Source: Actinomycetota bacterium (GTDB lineage Bacteria; Actinomycetota; UBA4738). From it: a DNA stretch of 64,000 nt. Shown in pieces: positions 59,841 to 64,000 of the stretch (positions within the stretch are counted from its first letter, which is position 1; every line of letters starts with the position of its first letter). The position numbers and the translations under genes were made by a program. The stretch is from positions 442 to 64,441 of the forward strand of contig JBKPAF010000014.1 in assembly GCA_046726275.1 (NCBI GenBank), read 5' to 3'. The notes beneath the pieces are model-generated. The model had not been told where the DNA came from and made no database searches. It worked only from the letters and a program-made list of their open reading frames with translations.

Positions 59841-60125
59841 GTCGCAGACCTCGACGGCCGCCTGCTCCTCTCAGAGATCGTCGCAGACAGTTCCAGACGG
59901 GCGACGAGGTCTCAGGCCGCACCGATCCTCATCAGTGTGCACACATCTCCGGGTCGATTACGATTGGAGGTGACAGACCACCGCGACTTCGATCTCACTG
60001 CGGAAACCGCCGAGGAGCTGCTGTTTTCGATGAGGGGCTGCGATTCGTGAACCAAGGTGACCGATGACAGGGGACCTTTGTCCCAGGGAGGCATCTGTGC
60101 GGAATACGATCTCACCAGATCCTGA
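59841..60125 (+). pseudogene. remnant of RsbW-like (HATPase_c) anti-sigma factor/ATP-binding protein
   Basis: Frame 1 reads RLLLSEIVADSSRRA...ILISVHTSPGRLRLEVTDH, a shifted frame reads DEGLRFVNQ, and frame 1 resumes VTDDRG...GICAEYDL. No start codon; in-frame TGA at 60048. Confidence 0.55.
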
Positions 60126-60128
60126 ATC

Positions 60129-60572
60129 GTGAAGTGGGTCACCAGAGAACGCCCCAAGACCGATCGCATCGCCTGCCCGTGGCTCATCCGCAGGTTCATC
60201 GATCCCGAAGCAGAGATCCTCTACGTTCCGGCTGATAGGGTCCTCGAGGTGGCGTCCCGCGAAGACGCCCGCTCCTTCGATGCGCCGAATGCTCGCTACA
60301 CGCATCGAGATGGACTCTGTACGTTCGAGGTCTTGATCGAGGAGTTCGACCTGGCCGAGGACCCGGCCCTTAGCCGACTGGCCCGAATCGTCCACGCGGC
60401 GGACGTCCGAGAGGACCTCGGCACCGATCCACTCGGTCCGGGGCTGCTCGCGATCGGAGAGGGCGGCTTGCTAGCCGAAGGGGACGACCAGCGGCTCTTG
60501 GACCGCGGTTCCTTCGTGTACGACGCCCTCTACGAGTGGTGCCGCATCCACGTGGACGATGAGGAGAGCTGA
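60129..60572 (+). CDS. chromate resistance ChrB domain protein
   Basis: MKWVTRERPKTDRIACPWLIRRFID, HRDGLCTFEV, LARIVHAAD, YDALYEWC. Confidence 0.88.
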   Translation: MKWVTRERPKTDRIACPWLIRRFIDPEAEILYVPADRVLEVASREDARSFDAPNARYTHRDGLCTFEVLIEEFDLAEDPALSRLARIVHAADVREDLGTDPLGPGLLAIGEGGLLAEGDDQRLLDRGSFVYDALYEWCRIHVDDEES

Positions 60573-60588
60573 ACTCGGGGTCACCGAG

Positions 60589-60951
60589 TCAGAAGGTCAC
60601 CGTGCTCCGCTCCGCCGCCATCTGCGAGAACTTCACGGGATCCATGAACTGCCCGTTCTTGTTCTGGAAGTCGTCAGGGGTCACCCCACGGGCGACCGAG
60701 CAGGCCCCTCATATATAGATGGGGATGCCCGCCGAAATGGTCTTGTCCAGCAACTCGGCGAGCGGTGGGAAACCAACGCCAACGACGGCCTTAGCCACGT
60801 CGTCCTTCATCAGGTAGACACCCTCGCCGATGAGGCCGATCTGCACGTCGATGTCTGCCGACTTCGCCCCGAGAGCGAGCAAGAAAGGGAGTACAGCTTG
60901 GGTCGGATCGTTCGATCCATGGAGCCCGACATAGAACAGCTTGTTGGCCAT
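60589..60951 (-). CDS. DsrE-family selenoprotein (120 aa, Sec81 in a U-G-A-C motif)
   Basis: The ORF track stops at TGA 60709-60711, but the frame continues ...GIPIYI-U-GACSVARGVTPDDFQNKNGQFMDPVKFSQMAAERSTVTF*. This completes the DsrE fold, with UGA aligned to the first Cys of the family CxxC-A-RG motif. A SECIS-like hairpin follows. Confidence 0.9.
60679..60697 (-). promoter_or_regulatory. bacterial SECIS element
   Basis: GGUCGCC-CGUGG-GGUGACC hairpin starting 12 nt after the UGA, with GU in the apical loop. Confidence 0.8.
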
Positions 60952-60966
60952 CCCGTCTCCTTCCCC

Positions 60967-61206
60967 TTAGCCCGAATCGCTCGAGCCTCCCTTTCGGATC
61001 GTGATGGTGAACGTCCTGTCATCGTTGTCCCGCAGGTCGTATCCGTATCCGAGGTCGGTCACCAAGCTCGGAATGGTGTATCGGGCGGGCAGGTAGTCGC
61101 TGAGGACCTCCAGAGTCGCTCCTGAAGGGAGACGCTTCAAGGTATCGAGCACCTCGGTCGTCGGGTAAGGGCACACCTTCCCTCGGATATCGAGGTGTTC
61201 CACCAT
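60967..61206 (-). CDS. tusA: TusA/SirA family sulfur carrier protein
   Basis: LDIRGKVCPYP motif, LEVLSD, 79 aa. Confidence 0.9.
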   Translation of the reverse strand: MVEHLDIRGKVCPYPTTEVLDTLKRLPSGATLEVLSDYLPARYTIPSLVTDLGYGYDLRDNDDRTFTITIRKGGSSDSG

Positions 61207-61255
61207 TCGTCCGCTCCCCGACCTTGTCAGACGAACTTTACCTGCGCTTCCAGAG

Positions 61256-61342
61256 CGGAGGGACGGGGATTTGAACCCCGGAGACGGTTACCCGCCTACA
61301 CGCTCTCCAGGCGTGCCCCTTCGTCCGCTCGGGCATCCCTCC
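61256..61342 (-). tRNA. tRNA-Ser (anticodon GGA), CCA not encoded
   Basis: Acceptor stem GGAGGGA/TCCCTCC plus G73, anticodon arm CACGC-CTGGAGA-GCGTG, long variable arm, GGTTCAAATCC. TAGAAT -10 box just upstream. Confidence 0.96.
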
Positions 61343-61346
61343 GCGG

Positions 61347-61660
61347 TCATTCTACGGGTGAGGGCGAGGCCACCAGCGCCCGGTTCCACCACGCCGGTGT
61401 CTCGAGGGCCCGCTCCTTGATCCAGGCGAAATGGTGCCGGGCGCTGAATCCAAGCGGTACAGCCGCCAGCATCCCTACCATGTCCCACTTCCTCGCTCCA
61501 TGAGGCGTCTCGATAGCGAGCGAAGTCAACGCTGCCAGGGCCCATGCATAGAGGACGGCGTTGTACGCCGGCAGCAGCTCAGGCTTCAGGCCTTCGGCCT
61601 GCGTGAGGACCGGGAACCCGAACCTCCTCCGCGACGGCGACAGGGTGTAGTGAACGAGGT
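61347..61660 (-). CDS. hypothetical membrane protein, possibly 5'-truncated
   Basis: Third positions mostly G/C and hydrophobic segments (YNAVLYAWALAAL). The only start found lies inside the upstream hairpin. Confidence 0.4.
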
Positions 61661-61662
61661 GT

Positions 61663-61691
61663 TTGGGGGGCCTTCGCGGGAGGCCCCCCAA
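61663..61691. terminator. strong GC hairpin (terminator or REP-like)
   Basis: ttggggggcct-tcgcggg-aggccccccaa, an 11-bp perfect inverted repeat just downstream of the YciI-like gene. Confidence 0.55.
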
Positions 61692-61698
61692 GCCCCTC

Positions 61699-62013
61699 CT
61701 ACATCACGTCGAAGGTCTCGAAGACCGTGATTTCTGCGCCGCCCTCCAGTACCGGACAATCCTTGGCCAGCTTCGTTGCCCGCTCAAGAGAATCGGCCTC
61801 CAGGATCGAGTAGCCGCTCGCCGTCGGCTTCGCGTCGCTCACCGAGCCGCTGCCCGCGATCTTCTTGACCGAGGGGGTGAACGGGTTGCCCGGATCGGCG
61901 ACGGCCGGGCCAAGCTTCGTAAACCAGGCGTCCCACGCCTTCATCACCTGGGCTCGTTCTTGGTCCGTCTCGGGCATTCGCCCACCGCCGTAGAGCAGCA
62001 GGTACTTCGCCAT
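61699..62013 (-). CDS. YciI/DGPF-like dimeric alpha-beta barrel protein
   Basis: MAKYLLLY, W..W...LG....D.GNP, GYSILEADSLE.A..LAK.CP. SD ggaggaggg. Confidence 0.8.
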   Translation of the reverse strand: MAKYLLLYGGGRMPETDQERAQVMKAWDAWFTKLGPAVADPGNPFTPSVKKIAGSGSVSDAKPTASGYSILEADSLERATKLAKDCPVLEGGAEITVFETFDVM

Positions 62014-62249
62014 GCCATCCCTCCTCCCGTCGGGGTCCCCCCAATTGGGGACCGTCCGACTTAACGACGGATCGGGTTGGCCGGAATCGACAAGGCGGTG
62101 GCAGCTTTCCTTTTCGGTGATGTTTCTGGTGGTCGTTTGCTCTCTCATCATCCGGGTAACACGGCAGGGAGCGCCCGGCAAGACAGATGGAACCGCAAGC
62201 GCCAGCGCGAAGTGCTCCCGAAGATCGGCTGACCGGAAAGGAGACCCTC

Positions 62250-62765
62250 GTGAAAGAACAGCAGACGAGATCGAAGAAGCGCTCGATCCTGGCAGCCGGC
62301 GTCCTGGGCGCGGTGACCGCGTACTTCTTCGACCCCGACAAGGGACGCGGCCGTCGCGCCAAGACCATGGATCAGCTGACCGCGGTCTTTCGTCGCCTGG
62401 GAAGACGCGGAGGCCGGCTGGCCCGGAGGGCCGAGTCGGAAGCGTACGGCGCCTGGCAGCGAGCCAAGCACCCGATCCCCGCAGACGCATTGACCGATGA
62501 CGAAACCCTGAAGCAGAAGGTGGAAACGGAGCTTTTCGGGAAGCCTGAGGTGGAGAAGGGGAAGATCGTCCTCAACGTGGAAGACGGCGTCGTCGTGCTC
62601 CGGGGCGAGGTGGGCAGCGCCGAGCAGATGACCGAGCTCGCCCAGCAGGCGCTCAAGGTTCCCGGGGTGGCGGGCGTGCAGAACCTTTTGCACCTGCCCG
62701 CAGAGCCGCCGCCGAACAAAGCAGCAGCCCGGGAGGCCTCTGCCCAAGCGTCTGACACCCCATAA
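62250..62765 (+). CDS. BON-domain protein with N-terminal YtxH-like segment
   Basis: GAVTAYFFDP..GR.RRA, DDETL..KV.TEL, LNVEDGVVVLRG, VPGV.GVQNLL. Confidence 0.85.
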   Translation: MKEQQTRSKKRSILAAGVLGAVTAYFFDPDKGRGRRAKTMDQLTAVFRRLGRRGGRLARRAESEAYGAWQRAKHPIPADALTDDETLKQKVETELFGKPEVEKGKIVLNVEDGVVVLRGEVGSAEQMTELAQQALKVPGVAGVQNLLHLPAEPPPNKAAAREASAQASDTP

Positions 62766-62808
62766 AGGGTTCATCCCCGCGGAACCTGAGGAGCACGAAT
62801 AATCAGCC

Positions 62809-63444
62809 ATGCGCAAGGCCCTGGTCGCCTTTGGGATCCTGGTCCTGGTTCTGGTCGGCGCCGACTTCGGGCTGCGGGCGCTCGGCGAGCACTGGGTCTC
62901 TGGCCAGCTTCAGGACTCCTTCGAGCTTGATCAGCGTCCCTCGGTGTCCCTTGGCGGCTTCCCTTTCCTTCCCAAGCTCGTGACCGGCAGGTTCCCGTCG
63001 GTCACAGTCGAGGCAACAGGAACAGTCAGGACCGGTCGATTCCCCGTGTCGGCCGTCCACCTCGCACTTCAGGACGTCCGATTCCCACCCGACCAGCTCC
63101 TGTTCGGTAACAAGGCCACCATCAGGGCCGAACGCGGGTCAGGAACGGCGATCCTGACCGAGCAGGGGATCAACCGGGCCTTTCCCGCGACGGTCCCCAT
63201 TACCATTCGCCTGTCCAATGGAAAGGTGCACATCCGGACCTCGGGACAGCGGGAAGAGGTAGAAACGAGGCTCCGGATCGTGGAAAACCGGCTGGTACTC
63301 GTGCCCGAGGGGCCACTCCCGGTGGAGGTGCGGGTGGGCCTTCCCATCTTCGTCCCGGGATTGACCTACACGGGCGTGAAGGTCGAGGGTTCCCGGGCCC
63401 GTCTCATTTTCCGGCTGACCACTCCCAGTATTCAGCTCAGATAG
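62809..63444 (+). CDS. DUF2993/LmeA-like protein
   Basis: N-terminal TM, ADFGLR...E, V.LGGFPFL..L..GRF..V.V.A. Confidence 0.8.
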   Translation: MRKALVAFGILVLVLVGADFGLRALGEHWVSGQLQDSFELDQRPSVSLGGFPFLPKLVTGRFPSVTVEATGTVRTGRFPVSAVHLALQDVRFPPDQLLFGNKATIRAERGSGTAILTEQGINRAFPATVPITIRLSNGKVHIRTSGQREEVETRLRIVENRLVLVPEGPLPVEVRVGLPIFVPGLTYTGVKVEGSRARLIFRLTTPSIQLR

Positions 63445-63476
63445 TCATTTTGGGGGTTGGATAGTCATTTTGGGGG
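63440..63476 (+). repeat. 17-bp perfect direct repeat, 20-bp period
   Basis: gatagtcattttggggg at 63440-63456 and 63460-63476. Confidence 0.9.
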
Positions 63477-63569
63477 AACGAATTAGGTCTATTGTCGCTT
63501 GTCGTATCGGTAGGAAGGGGGGTAACCTTTCGGCCGACGCGCCTTGTGACCTAGGGAAGGGAGGTGCCC

Positions 63570-63851
63570 GTGAGACGACTCGGTGCGATTGTCGCACTGG
63601 TTTTGTCTTTCCTGGTGGTAACAGCTGGGCAGGCTCTTGCTCAGTACCCTCCTTCGACCCCTCCTGGAGGGGGAGGAGGGGGACCCGGCGGACCCGGCGG
63701 TGGGAACGTTCCGGGTGGCGGAACTGACGTCGCCTTCACCGGAACGAACATCTCGTTGGGACTCGTGATTCTGGCCGCGCTCGTGGTCACAGGGGTGCTG
63801 CTCTTGGTGGTAGGCCGGCGGCGAAGGGTCGCTGCGGCCAAGTCCGCCTGA
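63570..63851 (+). CDS. small secreted protein with class E sortase-type sorting signal
   Basis: Signal peptide ending AGQALA, Gly/Pro linker, VAFTG + hydrophobic helix + RRRR. SD gggagg. Confidence 0.75.
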   Translation: MRRLGAIVALVLSFLVVTAGQALAQYPPSTPPGGGGGGPGGPGGGNVPGGGTDVAFTGTNISLGLVILAALVVTGVLLLVVGRRRRVAAAKSA

Positions 63852-64000
63852 TCCAGCTTCGAGCTCAGATCGACGAAGAGAGGCCCGGACTCCACGTACT
63901 CTGCCCCGCCCGGTCGGGCGAGAGGTAGGTTGATGTTGGGCATTTCCATGAGAAACCCAGAGCGAGATTCCGGTACTCCTCTGTCATTACCAGGTACAAA

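Noticed and set aside
59823-59860. PQQ dehydrogenase TGA is in frame with the downstream remnant (possible Sec readthrough fusion)
   Set aside because: The protein already ends at the family's natural G-I-Y-K-L terminus, and only a weak 4-bp stem follows.
60036-60125. In-frame TGA at 60048 giving an apparent C-D-S-U (CxxU) motif
   Set aside because: The overlapping shifted frame (DEGLRFVNQ) fits the RsbW-like consensus better, there is no start codon and no convincing SECIS. Best explained as a frameshifted pseudogene.
58710-61255. Integrative element at the tRNA-Ser or tRNA-Pro 3' end
   Set aside because: No integrase or transposase, and I could not find a duplicated tRNA 3' end in the window.
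61256-61342. tRNA next to the selenoprotein gene could be tRNA-Sec (selC)
   Set aside because: Anticodon is GGA, not TCA, and the acceptor stem is a normal 7 bp. It is an ordinary tRNA-Ser.

Overview
High-GC chromosomal window, most likely from a deep-branching actinobacterium (inference: WhiB proteins and AdnAB occur together with PlsY and a long Bacillus-type SRP RNA). Its backbone follows the gene order I recall for the mycobacterial Rv3676-Rv3721c region: crp, MBL hydrolase, ridA, ArsA-like pair, whiB4, ponA, metallophosphoesterase, tRNA-Pro, ask/asd, recR, dnaX, ffs. Additional genes sit within and around it. The main hidden feature is a selenoprotein the ORF track truncates. The DsrE-family gene at 60589-60951 (-) has an in-frame UGA forming a U-x-x-C motif, followed by a SECIS-like hairpin. 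It lies in a tRNA-Ser(GGA)-tusA-dsrE(Sec) unit, and selA and selB are present at 14.6-17.9 kb. Other notable items: a ~275-nt SRP RNA with an Alu domain; a single-chain fusion of the two actinobacterial ArsA/Get3-like ATPases; an orphan nuoD facing its likely MidA/NDUFAF7 methyltransferase; a DehI-fold protein; NfeD and NERD proteins that appear catalytically dead; a split FluG/NodGS pair; an anti-sigma-factor pseudogene; a miniature sortase substrate; and many probable leaderless genes. All family calls come from motif recognition only; no database searches were run.
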